This document shows, in pieces, positions 8,012 through 18,033 of a stretch of DNA of 40,415 bases. The notes under the pieces were generated by a model, which was not told the DNA's origin, did not search any database, and worked only from the letters and a program-made list of their open reading frames with translations. Within the stretch, counting starts at the first letter, position 1. Each line of letters opens with the position of its first letter. This DNA is from Bacteroidota bacterium (GTDB lineage Bacteria; Bacteroidota; Bacteroidia; Chitinophagales; Chitinophagaceae). The DNA lies in contig JBDLUO010000057.1 of the NCBI GenBank assembly GCA_039805285.1, positions 1 to 40,415 on the forward strand, written 5' to 3'. The position numbers were made by a program, and so were the translations under genes.

Positions 8012-9226
8012 CTACCTCCTACTGGCTATCAATAAATTCAAGTCGGTGTACTTGAGGTCGAATCTTTCGCTGATGAAGAAATTGGTCAGACTGCCTTTGA
8101 ATAAGTAAATGCCACTGCGCACGTTTACTTTGTGCCAGACGATGTTTTCAATGCCTCCGTCTTCTCCGGTTTCGAGCAGCAAAGACATCAACACGTTGCT
8201 TATGGCCTGAGAGGCCGTTCTCGCAAATCCACTGGGTATGTTGGGTACACAATAATGAATCACATCGTATTTGGTAAATACCGGATTCTCATGTGTCGTT
8301 ACTTCACTCGTTTCAAAACAACCTCCATTGTCGATGCTCACATCCACAATTACAGTTCCTGCTCTCATCTGACTCACCATCTCCTCCGAAACCACAATCG
8401 GGGTCCTTCCGGATGCGCCACTCAAGGCTCCAATCGCTACATCGCAGGTCTTTAGCTGCTTCCCCAAGATCTTGGGTTCCATTACCGAGGTCCACATCCT
8501 TACTCCGATGTTGTTCTGTAATCGCTTCAGTCTATAAATGCTGTTGTCAAATACTTTTACACTCGCTCCCATAGCCAACGCCGTTCGGGCAGCATACTCA
8601 CCAACAATTCCCGCACCGATGATGATTACTTTGGTCGGCGGAATCCCACTAATGCCTCCCACCAACACACCTTTCCCCTGATTCGCATTGCTCAGGTATT
8701 GTCCGGCAATCAACATAACCGCAGATCCCGCAATCTCACTCATGCTCCGAACAATCGGATAATGTCCGCTATCGTCTTTCAGGTTTTCGAAGCTGAGGGC
8801 TGTCACTTTCTTCTCCATCATTTTCTCCAAAATGCTTTTCTTCAAAATCGCAAGGTGTATCGGAGAAATGATGGTTGTATCCGGATTCAATAATTCACAA
8901 TCTTCTTCGCTGATCGGTGCACTTTTTACTATGATTTTACACTGAAAAATCTCTTTTCTGTGATATACAATCTTTGCCCCTGCCTCCGAATAATCCTTGT
9001 CGGTATAATGAGAACCATGTCCTGCATTGGTTTCAATGGCTACTTCGTGCCCGTTTGCAATCAATACCCCAACCGCTTCTGGTGTAAGCGCAATTCGATT
9101 TTCGACAAATTGTGTTTCTCTTGGGATTCCAATGGATAATGACTCGCCTTTGGGTTTGATGTCGAGCTTTTCCTCTAGTGTTTCATACGTAAACGAGGAT
9201 GAAACAAATGGTTTGGTGGTGGCCAT
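8012..9226 (-). CDS. ald: Alanine dehydrogenase-family protein (Bacteroidota long form)
   Basis: IGIPRE..ENRIALTP, MSEIAG, Rossmann IIGAGIVG, VDVSIDNGGCFETS and HYCVPNIP. Confidence 0.82.
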   Translation of the reverse strand: MATTKPFVSSSFTYETLEEKLDIKPKGESLSIGIPRETQFVENRIALTPEAVGVLIANGHEVAIETNAGHGSHYTDKDYSEAGAKIVYHRKEIFQCKIIVKSAPISEEDCELLNPDTTIISPIHLAILKKSILEKMMEKKVTALSFENLKDDSGHYPIVRSMSEIAGSAVMLIAGQYLSNANQGKGVLVGGISGIPPTKVIIIGAGIVGEYAARTALAMGASVKVFDNSIYRLKRLQNNIGVRMWTSVMEPKILGKQLKTCDVAIGALSGASGRTPIVVSEEMVSQMRAGTVIVDVSIDNGGCFETSEVTTHENPVFTKYDVIHYCVPNIPSGFARTASQAISNVLMSLLLETGEDGGIENIVWHKVNVRSGIYLFKGSLTNFFISERFDLKYTDLNLLIASRR

Positions 9227-9273
9227 GGTGCTGGTTTCGGAATAAGAAAATACCGACTGAAGTCGGCTTGAAT

Positions 9274-9693
9274 TTAAATATACGATTTAATCTTCAGTGT
9301 TCGAGTGTCCTCATCTACGTTTCTGATTTCAATCACCGGCCATCCTGGCTCAAACAATCCAGGGGCTCGCTCCGGCCATTCAACAAAACAATAAGAGCCT
9401 GAATATAAACAATCTTCCACCCCAGCAGTAACCGCTTCCGCCTCACTTTTTAACCGGTATAAATCCAAATGATAAATGGTCTTGCCGGTTTCGGTAGCAT
9501 ATTCATTGATAATAGAAAAGGTTGGACTCCCTGTTTTATCTTTCACACCCAGTGCTCGGCACAGCGCTTGCGTCATCGTGGTTTTACCCGCGCCCATCTC
9601 CCCTTGCAAAATAATGCATCCCGGTTTGTCTAAGATTGACAATACCTGGGCCGCAATCTGCTGTATTTGTTCCAATTTGAAACTGATTTCCAT
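9274..9693 (-). CDS. tsaE: tRNA threonylcarbamoyladenosine biosynthesis ATPase TsaE
   Basis: GEMGAGKTT, SPTFSIINEY, HLDLYRL, VEWPE. Start moved to ATG 9693 (MEISF) because the track's extension overlaps the divergent ATPase gene. Confidence 0.95.
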   Translation of the reverse strand: MEISFKLEQIQQIAAQVLSILDKPGCIILQGEMGAGKTTMTQALCRALGVKDKTGSPTFSIINEYATETGKTIYHLDLYRLKSEAEAVTAGVEDCLYSGSYCFVEWPERAPGLFEPGWPVIEIRNVDEDTRTLKIKSYI

Positions 9694-9755
9694 AATGCAA
9701 ATATAATTTTCATCACAACGCCATCCACCAATTTTCAAAGCAATAAATTTGTAGT

Positions 9756-11870
9756 ATGGAAAAGACTGAATGGAAAGTGACGGGGATGACTTGCAGCAAC
9801 TGTGCACTCGGAGTAACGCGTTTTCTGGAAGGAAAGGGCATGGAACAAGTGTCGGTTAATCCCATAGATGGTCAAGTTTCTTTTCTGAATACAAATTCAA
9901 CAGCAGATGATTTACTGAAAAAAGGAATCGAAAAACTGGGTTACGCAGTGGCGAGCGATGCGATTGAAAATGTTGATTCCAAAAAACAAAGTAGCAAGAA
10001 TAAGATCCGGTTTTTCATCACCCTTCCTTTCACTTTGGTGTTGATGTTGCACATGCTGCATCCCTGGATTCATCTTCATTTCTTAATGAACGGTTGGGTA
10101 CAATTGGCGCTTTGTTTGCCTGTGTTCGCCATCGGTATTTTTCATTTCGGAAAAAGTGCTTGGAATAGTTTGATGAGCGGCGTTCCCAACATGAACGTTC
10201 TTGTTGCCCTCGGCGCATTGGTCTCTTTTATTTACAGTCTTTCAGGTCTTTTCATATTCAATGATTCCAATTACTATTTTTTCGAAACCACAGCGTCTAT
10301 CATCACCTTGGTTCTATTTGGAAACTATCTGGAAGAAAAAACGGTAAAAGCAACCCGAAGTGCATTGGATTCGCTGCTCATCCCTCAAAAAGCAATGGCC
10401 AATATGATTGCTTTCGATGATGCCTATCAAGAACAAATCTTCGCGGTAGAAAGCATTCATCTAAGAACAGGAGACCTCATCCTGATCAACTCCGGAGAGC
10501 TGGTTCCTTCTGATTGCAAAATTCTTTGGGGCGAATGTCTGGTAAATGAATCGCTGCTCACGGGAGAAAGTTTGCCCATCAGCAAGCATAAAAAAGATAC
10601 ATTAATTGGTGGCAGTATTTTAGAAAGTGGTTCCGTAAAAGCACAGGTTACTGCAACGGGAGAGAACACGGTTTTAGCAGGCGTCGTAAAACTTATACGA
10701 AATGCGCAACAAAATAAGCCGAAGTTGCAGCAACTCGCAGATCGAATCAGCGCCGTCTTTGTTCCAGTGGTTATTGTTTTGTCGCTCTTGTGTTTTGGAA
10801 TAAATTATTGGGTTGCTTCCGTACCCCTCGCCCAATCCATCATGCGTTCCATAGCCATGCTCGTGATTTCTTGTCCATGTGCCATGGGTCTTGCAACTCC
10901 CGCCGCCATTGCTGTCGGACTCGGAAGAGGTGCAAAAAAAGGAATTCTCTACACGCAACCCGATGTGTTGGAACAATTCAAAAACATCAAACAAGTTGTA
11001 TTCGATAAAACAGGAACACTCACTACCGGTCGCTTCGAAATACATCGTTTCGAAAGTGAAATTCCCATTCCCGAATTTCAAAATTATGTTGCCGCACTCG
11101 AAAAATATTCAAACCATCCGCTCGCAACTTCCATCTCTCGCATATGGCCCATCACAAACGCCATACCTTGGAAAAAAGCAGAAGAAATAAAGGGTATGGG
11201 CATCCGTGCCGAAGATAAAGAAGGTAACCTATTCGAACTTGGTGCTTCGAAAATGAATCCTGATGCAGGAACAAACGAACCACACAGCATGTACTTGTGG
11301 AAAAACAAACATCTGATTGGTTGGATTGATATGCAAGACGAATGGAGACCCGAAGCAAAATCGGTGATTGATTTCTTCCGGAAGAAAAACATAAAAACAA
11401 TTTTGTTGACGGGAGATTCTGCTGCAAAAGCAGCCATTGCCACAGAACAACTGGGCATCGAAGCTTTCCATGCCGAATGCAGTCCGGAAGAAAAATACAA
11501 AAAAATAGAAGCACTCAATCTAATTGCGCCAACCATGATGATTGGCGATGGTATCAATGATGCACCCGCACTTGCCAAAGCCACCATTGGCGTGTCTTTA
11601 AGCGACGCTTCACAACTTGCCATTCAGCAATCTTCGGTTGTACTTATGAAGCAAGGATTAAGCCGATTGCCCGAGGCATTCGGACTTGGCAGGCACATTC
11701 ATCTTACCATCCAAAGAAATCTTTTTTGGGCATTTGCTTACAACATCATTGCCATGCCAATAGCCGCAATGGGATTATTGAATCCAACGTTTTCGGCGAT
11801 GGCCATGGGATTGAGCGATGTGATGCTGGCCCTTATCTCTCTGCATCTTTACATCAAAAAAGTGAACTGA
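9756..11870 (+). CDS. copA: Heavy-metal (Cu+-type) P1B ATPase
   Basis: HMA motif GMTCSNC, TGES, CPC, DKTGT, HP, GDGINDAPALA, and TM motifs YN and MGLSD. Confidence 0.9.
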   Translation: MEKTEWKVTGMTCSNCALGVTRFLEGKGMEQVSVNPIDGQVSFLNTNSTADDLLKKGIEKLGYAVASDAIENVDSKKQSSKNKIRFFITLPFTLVLMLHMLHPWIHLHFLMNGWVQLALCLPVFAIGIFHFGKSAWNSLMSGVPNMNVLVALGALVSFIYSLSGLFIFNDSNYYFFETTASIITLVLFGNYLEEKTVKATRSALDSLLIPQKAMANMIAFDDAYQEQIFAVESIHLRTGDLILINSGELVPSDCKILWGECLVNESLLTGESLPISKHKKDTLIGGSILESGSVKAQVTATGENTVLAGVVKLIRNAQQNKPKLQQLADRISAVFVPVVIVLSLLCFGINYWVASVPLAQSIMRSIAMLVISCPCAMGLATPAAIAVGLGRGAKKGILYTQPDVLEQFKNIKQVVFDKTGTLTTGRFEIHRFESEIPIPEFQNYVAALEKYSNHPLATSISRIWPITNAIPWKKAEEIKGMGIRAEDKEGNLFELGASKMNPDAGTNEPHSMYLWKNKHLIGWIDMQDEWRPEAKSVIDFFRKKNIKTILLTGDSAAKAAIATEQLGIEAFHAECSPEEKYKKIEALNLIAPTMMIGDGINDAPALAKATIGVSLSDASQLAIQQSSVVLMKQGLSRLPEAFGLGRHIHLTIQRNLFWAFAYNIIAMPIAAMGLLNPTFSAMAMGLSDVMLALISLHLYIKKVN

Positions 11871-11874
11871 TTCC

Positions 11875-13791
11875 ATGAAAGATGCGCTCGAAATATTGAA
11901 ACAGTACTGGGGTTACGACTCGTTCCGTCCTGGACAAACAGAGATCATCGAAGCGGTGATGGAAGGAAATGATGTTCTGGCGTTATTGCCTACGGGCGGA
12001 GGAAAATCAATTTGTTTTCAGGTACCAGCGCTTGCTTCTGATGGATTATGTCTAGTGATTACGCCGTTAATCGCACTGATGAAAGACCAGGTAGAAAATT
12101 TATTACAAAGAGGCATAAACGCAGATTTTATTCACTCCGGACTTACCTCGTATGAGGTAGAAAAAGTGCTGCAACGTGCAGCTCGTGGCGATATCCATTT
12201 TTTGTATCTGTCTCCAGAAAGAATCTCAACGCGTATGATGGATGAGTATCTTTTGGATTTAGATGTTTCACTTATAGCCATCGATGAAGCGCACTGTATT
12301 TCTCAATGGGGTTACGATTTTAGACCCGCTTACCTCAAGATCGCTGAGCTAAGAGAAGAACTTCCCGATGTTCCAGTAATTGCTTTATCTGCATCCGCCA
12401 CACTCGAAGTACAACATGATATCTGTGAAAAATTAGCATTCAGAAAAAATCAAAAACGCTTTCAACAATCCTTTCACAGACCCAACATAAAATACATTGT
12501 TGAGCAACCAGCATCAAAATCGGCAAGACTCATACAATGGCTGGAAAAAAGCAAAAACAGTACTGCTATCGTTTATGCAAAAACGAGAAAAGAAACCATG
12601 CAGACAGCAGAACTGCTGAAACAACATGGTTTTTCTGCAGACCATTATCACGCTGGTTTAAGCAGCGACGAGCGTGCCGAAAAGCAACAGCATTGGATTG
12701 AAAACCGAACACGAATCATGGTTTGCACCAATGCGTTCGGAATGGGCATCGACAAGCCGGATGTTCGTATGGTCATTCATTCTGGTATGCCAGAAAGTTT
12801 AGAAAATTATTATCAGGAAGCAGGTAGAGCAGGCAGAGACGGTAAGGAATCAACTGCCATTTTGTTGATCGCACCTCACGAAGAAGAAAACCTGTATAAA
12901 TTGAATGCTCTACGATATCCCGAACCCGAGGAGTTGAAAAAAGTGTATTTGAATTTGATGGATCATTTACAAATTGCTGCAGGTTCCGGAGAAGGACAAA
13001 GACACAATTTTGATATCCATGCCTTTTCAGATTCTTTTCAGTGGAACCCTTTACAAGCTTCCTATTTTATTCAAGCACTCGCGCAGGAGGGACTGATTTT
13101 TTTAACCGAAAAAGACACTCGTCCTTCTCGTATTGAATTTATTACAGACAAAGAAACCTTGAGAGACTATGGAGAGCAGAATGTTGACATGGATAAATTA
13201 ATAAAGGGTTTGCTAAGAACCTATGAGGGCATTTTCGATTATCATACAAGCATCTACGAAACGCATATCGCAAAATTTCTTTCCACACCCATCGGAAAAA
13301 TCAGAGCTCAATTGGTGGAGCTTCATCGTGCAAGAATCATCCGTTATGAAATAGCACCAGAAAAACCTCAATTGTTGCTTTTAATGAACCGGATGTATCG
13401 CGATGACCTTCGATTCAACTTAGATGCATTAAAAGCCAGAAAACAAAGACATCTCGAAAGAATCAAATCCATGATTGGTTTTGTGAACAACCAAAACGAA
13501 TGTCGAAGCGTGATGATTGGCAAATACTTTAATGATTTGGAAATTAAGTCATGCGGGATATGTGATGTTTGTGAAAAAAACAGAAGTGAATCCAAAATAG
13601 ATCTTCAAGTTCTTAAAGAGAAAATGGTTGACTATCTGAAAGACTGGGCAGATTTTGATAGCATAGTAACTCATTTCGGCATGCAATATGAATCCGAAAT
13701 AAAAATGACTTGCAGATTCCTCATTGAAAACGGAATCATAATCGAGGATGAATGGGGAAAGCTGAAGGCAAAAAAAAAGGGACCAAGATAA
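11875..13791 (+). CDS. recQ: RecQ-family ATP-dependent DNA helicase
   Basis: PTGGGKS, DEAHCISQWGYDFRPAY, SASAT, QEAGRAGRDG and Zn motif CRS...CGICDVC. No HRDC domain evident. Confidence 0.93.
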   Translation: MKDALEILKQYWGYDSFRPGQTEIIEAVMEGNDVLALLPTGGGKSICFQVPALASDGLCLVITPLIALMKDQVENLLQRGINADFIHSGLTSYEVEKVLQRAARGDIHFLYLSPERISTRMMDEYLLDLDVSLIAIDEAHCISQWGYDFRPAYLKIAELREELPDVPVIALSASATLEVQHDICEKLAFRKNQKRFQQSFHRPNIKYIVEQPASKSARLIQWLEKSKNSTAIVYAKTRKETMQTAELLKQHGFSADHYHAGLSSDERAEKQQHWIENRTRIMVCTNAFGMGIDKPDVRMVIHSGMPESLENYYQEAGRAGRDGKESTAILLIAPHEEENLYKLNALRYPEPEELKKVYLNLMDHLQIAAGSGEGQRHNFDIHAFSDSFQWNPLQASYFIQALAQEGLIFLTEKDTRPSRIEFITDKETLRDYGEQNVDMDKLIKGLLRTYEGIFDYHTSIYETHIAKFLSTPIGKIRAQLVELHRARIIRYEIAPEKPQLLLLMNRMYRDDLRFNLDALKARKQRHLERIKSMIGFVNNQNECRSVMIGKYFNDLEIKSCGICDVCEKNRSESKIDLQVLKEKMVDYLKDWADFDSIVTHFGMQYESEIKMTCRFLIENGIIIEDEWGKLKAKKKGPR

Positions 13792-13833
13792 AAATCTAGT
13801 CCCGCTTTAAAATCCAATATCCTATGAAAAACC
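13770..13833 (-). ncRNA. Candidate small RNA, copy 1
   Basis: A -7-like box TATCTTCG (13838-13845) lies 4 nt before GGTTTTTCATAGGATATTGGATTTTAAAGC, followed by hairpin GGGACTAGAT-TTTT-ATCTTGGTCCC and a T run. 58/61 identical to 23269-23329. Confidence 0.75.
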
Positions 13834-13982
13834 AAAACGAAGATAGTTCAATTTTTGACTATTGATCATTTCGGTTTCAAAAAGAAAAAAAATTAACATT
13901 GAAGGTTTGTATTTTTGCAACTAGATAATAAGGGTTGATTTTCTAAATCATAGAAAGAAAATCTGCCGATAATGTAAACAAA

Positions 13983-14936
13983 ATGAAAGGATTGAAAATA
14001 AAGTTTGTCTTGTTTTCCTTTTTAGCAATCGCCTTTTTTGCTTTACGTTCTTCCGAATCTGGAAAGAAAAAATACAGCAAAGAAAAGTTGGGTGAACTGT
14101 TGTTTAATGAAAAAATCTTATCTCTCGATTCTACAGTCAGCTGCGCAAGCTGTCATAAACCTGAATTTGCATTTTCAGACACAAGTGCCTTCAGCATTGG
14201 AATTGGCGGAAAACCAACAAAACGAAATACCCCTTCTGTATTGAACATGAAAAATCGTCCATACTACTTTTGGGATGGACGAGCATCTACATTGTCTGAA
14301 CAATCTTTAATGCCAATCCAAAACCCCGACGAAATGAATTTGAGTATTCGGGAAGCTGTAAAAAGATTGAATCAAAATGCATTTTATGTGGATTATTTTA
14401 AAAGCGTATTCAAGCGCGCACCAGACAGTTTGAGTTTAGCAACTTCTTTTGAATCTTATGAAAATACGTTGGAAACGGTTGACAGTAAATTTGATGATTG
14501 GGGAGAAAATAAATTGGAGCTCTCTGCTCAAGAAGAAAGAGGCAGAAAAGTATTTCTGAGTGATAAATCCCGTTGCTTCGATTGTCACTTTTTAGTCGAT
14601 TTCACCAACGACGATTTCAAAAACATCGGTCTATACAACGGGATTCTCCTCAACGACAAAGGAAGATTCAACATCACCAAAAATCCGGATGATCTGGGTA
14701 AGTTTAAAACACCCGGCTTAAGAAATATCGCCGTTACTGCACCTTACATGCACAATGGTATGTTTAAAACACTCGAAGAGGTGGTTGATTACTACAACAA
14801 TCCTTCTGCCGTCGTTCCAGACAGAATCAATATCGATTCCACTTTATTGAAACCACTTGGCTTAACAACATCAGAAAAAGCAGATTTGGTTGCATTCTTA
14901 AAAACACTGACTGATAAAAAATTCTCAAAAAACTGA
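13983..14936 (+). CDS. Di-heme cytochrome c peroxidase/MauG superfamily protein
   Basis: Signal peptide, two CxxCH motifs (CASCH, CFDCH), RNTPS, FWDGRA and FKTPGLRNIAVTAPYMHNG. A -7 box TATTTTTG lies at 13910-13917. Confidence 0.9.
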   Translation: MKGLKIKFVLFSFLAIAFFALRSSESGKKKYSKEKLGELLFNEKILSLDSTVSCASCHKPEFAFSDTSAFSIGIGGKPTKRNTPSVLNMKNRPYYFWDGRASTLSEQSLMPIQNPDEMNLSIREAVKRLNQNAFYVDYFKSVFKRAPDSLSLATSFESYENTLETVDSKFDDWGENKLELSAQEERGRKVFLSDKSRCFDCHFLVDFTNDDFKNIGLYNGILLNDKGRFNITKNPDDLGKFKTPGLRNIAVTAPYMHNGMFKTLEEVVDYYNNPSAVVPDRINIDSTLLKPLGLTTSEKADLVAFLKTLTDKKFSKN

Positions 14937-15062
14937 ATCTGGTCATCTTCGAAGATCGTTTTTTGAATTTAATTGCCTTTTTTCCTTTAACAAAAAATTA
15001 GTTTTGGTTTTGTTCCTTTCTGTAAGCATTACCCTAATTTGGAGTTACTAAAACAATTCATC

Positions 15063-15761
15063 ATGGAAACAACAAAAACCAAAGTGCTGCTGTGCGAAGA
15101 TGACACAAATCTTGGCATGGTTCTCAAAAACTATCTGGAACTGCATGATTTCGACGTTACCTTGGAAAGAGACGGCCGTTTGGGTTTGGCTGCTTTCCAA
15201 CGTGAAAAGTACGACATCTGTTTGCTAGACGTAATGATGCCAAACATGGATGGCTTTCAGGTTGCTGAAGAAATTCGCGACATTAATCCCGATGTGCCGC
15301 TTTTCTTCCTTAGCGCGAAAACCATGAAAGAAGACATCATTCAAGGCTATAAGCTAGGCGCAGACGATTACATTACAAAACCGTTCGACAGTGAAGTGCT
15401 GCTCCATAAAATCAAAGCCATCATCAAAAGAAATGAAGAAGTACATCGCGAAGAAGCGAATGCAGAATTCGACTTGGGCGGCTATCATTTCAATCCGAGA
15501 CTGCGCGAGTTAAGCTTTGCTGGAAAAATGCAAACGCTGTCTCCAAAAGAAAATGAGCTTCTAAAAATGCTTGCCGAATACAAGAATGATTTGCTACCAA
15601 GAGAATCGGCGTTAAAGAGAATTTGGGGCAGTGATACTTACTTCAATGGAAGAAGCATGGACGTGTATATTGCAAAGTTGAGAAAATACCTGAAAGAAGA
15701 TCCAAAATTGGAAATCGTGAACATTCACGGTAATGGTTTCCGACTTGTGGTTACAGAATAA
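15063..15761 (+). CDS. rprY: OmpR-family response regulator, RprY-like (no adjacent kinase)
   Basis: Receiver motifs EDD, LDVMMP and GADDYITKPF, and wHTH WGSDTYFNGRSMDVYIAKLRK...NIHGNGF typical of Bacteroidota RprY. ATG 15063 preferred over TTG 15039. Confidence 0.85.
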   Translation: METTKTKVLLCEDDTNLGMVLKNYLELHDFDVTLERDGRLGLAAFQREKYDICLLDVMMPNMDGFQVAEEIRDINPDVPLFFLSAKTMKEDIIQGYKLGADDYITKPFDSEVLLHKIKAIIKRNEEVHREEANAEFDLGGYHFNPRLRELSFAGKMQTLSPKENELLKMLAEYKNDLLPRESALKRIWGSDTYFNGRSMDVYIAKLRKYLKEDPKLEIVNIHGNGFRLVVTE

Positions 15762-15770
15762 TTATAAACC

Positions 15771-16808
15771 CTACCCGCTGAAAAGATCAAACCCAGTGCC
15801 GCCTTTGTGCGGCACTTTTCCTAAGTGGCGGTATGCTTTTTCTGTCGCCTCTCTGCCTCTTGGTGTTCGCATGATAAATCCTTCCGCAATTAGAAAAGGC
15901 TCATACACTTCTTCAAGTGTATCGGGTTCCTCTCCAACGGCAGTGGCAATTGTGGTCAATCCTACAGGTCCGCCCTTGAATTTTTCAATGATTGCACTCA
16001 AGATGCGATTGTCCATTTCATCTAATCCATGTTCATCAACATTCAGTGCTTTAAGAGCATGAACCGTAATTTCAAGATCAATCACACCCGTGCCCAACAC
16101 TTGTGCGAAATCTCTCACGCGTCTCAATAATCCATTGGCAATTCTAGGTGTTCCCCTGCTTCTTCGTGCAATTTCAAAAGCAGCATCCGTCGTAATTTTT
16201 GTCTGAAGTATGTTCGCACTGCGAATCAAAATGTTTTTCAACGTCTCCGAAGAATAATATTCCAATCTCGATTTGATGCCAAATCGGGTAAGCAAAGGTG
16301 ATGTAAGTAAACCACTTCTCGTTGTGGCGCCTATCAAGGTAAACGGATTCAATGAAAGTTGGACACTCCTTGCGTTTGGACCACTGTCTATCATAATGTC
16401 GATTCTGAAATCCTCCATTGCTGCATAGAGATACTCTTCTACAACGGTACTTAACCGGTGAATTTCATCGATAAACAACACATCATTCGGTTCCAAATTG
16501 GTAAGAAGGCCCGCAAGATCCCCTGGCTTTTCAATCACGGGTCCGGAGGTTTCTTTGATGTTCACCCCCATTTCATTGGCTACAATCCTGGACAATGTGG
16601 TTTTTCCGAGTCCTGGTGGCCCATGAAAAAGTACATGATCCAAAGCTTCACCCCTGAGCTTCGAAGCACGGATGAAAATGGTCAGATTCTCAATAATCTG
16701 TGCTTGCCCACTAAAATCTTGAATATAACCCGGACGGATATTGTTCTCAAATTCCTTATCGGGGGAACTCAGTATATTTTTGGGATTGTTGGGATCGGGG
16801 TTGGACAT
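15771..16808 (-). CDS. ruvB: Holliday junction branch migration helicase RuvB
   Basis: [36 protein letters not shown]...RTPRGR. Confidence 0.97.
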   Translation of the reverse strand: MSNPDPNNPKNILSSPDKEFENNIRPGYIQDFSGQAQIIENLTIFIRASKLRGEALDHVLFHGPPGLGKTTLSRIVANEMGVNIKETSGPVIEKPGDLAGLLTNLEPNDVLFIDEIHRLSTVVEEYLYAAMEDFRIDIMIDSGPNARSVQLSLNPFTLIGATTRSGLLTSPLLTRFGIKSRLEYYSSETLKNILIRSANILQTKITTDAAFEIARRSRGTPRIANGLLRRVRDFAQVLGTGVIDLEITVHALKALNVDEHGLDEMDNRILSAIIEKFKGGPVGLTTIATAVGEEPDTLEEVYEPFLIAEGFIMRTPRGREATEKAYRHLGKVPHKGGTGFDLFSG

Positions 16809-16881
16809 AAATAAGTTGTACGTTAAAATTAATCAATTCTGCTCAACGAAAACAGCAAATTGATTTTCCATTTGGATATTG

Positions 16882-16915
16882 CGCCTCTGATACAAGCATT
16901 TCGCCCTTTATACAA
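16882..16915 (+). promoter_or_regulatory. Imperfect direct repeat upstream of the lytS/lytTR promoter (candidate LytTR operator)
   Basis: CGCCTCTGATACAA (16882-16895) and CGCCCTTTATACAA (16902-16915), 20-bp period, upstream of the -7-like box TAGATTTA at 16946-16953. Confidence 0.5.
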
Positions 16916-16958
16916 TCAAATTAAGGTGAATTAAAGAATTGAATTTAGATTTACATCG

Positions 16959-18017
16959 ATGAAACTGAAAAAGAATTTTATTTACTGGTGCTGTCAAATA
17001 GGTGGATGGTCTGCAATCGCCTTTATATCCATTTTTCTAGGCTCGATTTTCGGAAAGCCCGAATTTTTGTACTATGTAAGTATCATTCTAACATGCGTTA
17101 CGGGCATTCTTGTAACTCATGTTATGAGGATAGCCATAATTCGAATGGAAATATTAAGTAAACCTCTGGGAAAACAGATTCTCTACCTCTTGTTGTTTAC
17201 AGTCCTATTCTCGATTTTGTTGGCGGTTGTAAGTGAAATCTTAGATAGAATCATAGCATATTTTCCAAAAAGATTGGAAAATATCAGTCTCTTCAGAAAA
17301 CTATTCATCGGCACTTTCAATAGCATATGGCTTTTATTGATTTGGAATCTCTTGTATGGCTTATATCATTTTGTAGTAAAATCAAGGCGCCAACAAATGA
17401 ACACGCTCAGACTCGAAGCCATGGTTAAATCCCTTGAGCTTAAAACCATTAAAGCGCACATCAACCCACATTTCATTTTTAATGCGTTAAACAGCATCAG
17501 AGCATTGGTAGATGAAAATCCAGAACGAGCCAGAAATGCCATTACCGCATTGAGCAGTATCCTACGGAGCAGCATGCTCGCAGAAAAAATGGAAACCGTT
17601 GCATTAAAACAAGAAATCGAAATTGTGAAGGATTACCTTGGATTAGAGCAAATCCGTTTCGAAGAGCGGCTAAAAATAGAATTATCACTGGATGAATCGA
17701 GTCATGAACTTCCCATACCTACCATGATGCTTCAAACGCTGGTAGAGAATGCCATCAAACACGGAATCAGCAAGCAAGTTAATGGCGGAATAATCAGAAT
17801 TACTTCTCTAGTGAAAGAAGATTCTTTTGAAGTAAAAGTAGAAAATACCGGAAAGCTAAATGAGAGAAATCCCAATGATGAAGGTGGTTTCGGACTAAAA
17901 AGTACAATGGACAGACTCACTCTGTTATACGAACAAGATGCACAATTCAGCATTTTCAACGACATTGAAAATAAAATGGTGGTGTGTAAAATTGTTTTGC
18001 CCCTTAACGCTAATTGA
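16959..18017 (+). CDS. LytS/YehU-type membrane sensor histidine kinase
   Basis: About 4 TM helices, KAHINPHFIFNALNSI, QTLVENAIKHG and GFGL. Confidence 0.92.
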   Translation: MKLKKNFIYWCCQIGGWSAIAFISIFLGSIFGKPEFLYYVSIILTCVTGILVTHVMRIAIIRMEILSKPLGKQILYLLLFTVLFSILLAVVSEILDRIIAYFPKRLENISLFRKLFIGTFNSIWLLLIWNLLYGLYHFVVKSRRQQMNTLRLEAMVKSLELKTIKAHINPHFIFNALNSIRALVDENPERARNAITALSSILRSSMLAEKMETVALKQEIEIVKDYLGLEQIRFEERLKIELSLDESSHELPIPTMMLQTLVENAIKHGISKQVNGGIIRITSLVKEDSFEVKVENTGKLNERNPNDEGGFGLKSTMDRLTLLYEQDAQFSIFNDIENKMVVCKIVLPLNAN

Positions 18018-18033
18018 TCCAAAATAGAATACC

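Noticed and set aside
9694-9807. Extended N-termini given by the ORF track for tsaE and several other genes (15039, 20315, 29658, 31759, 34491, 35938, 36612)
   Set aside because: The extensions overlap neighbouring genes or promoter boxes, or bury signal peptides. Downstream starts fit family N-termini better.
13824-13865. Plus-strand mini-ORFs starting at the ATGAAAAAC inside the duplicated element (also at 23320)
   Set aside because: The peptides diverge after MKN and differ in length (13 versus 37 aa). Promoter boxes, the wobble pair and the U tract all point to the minus strand.
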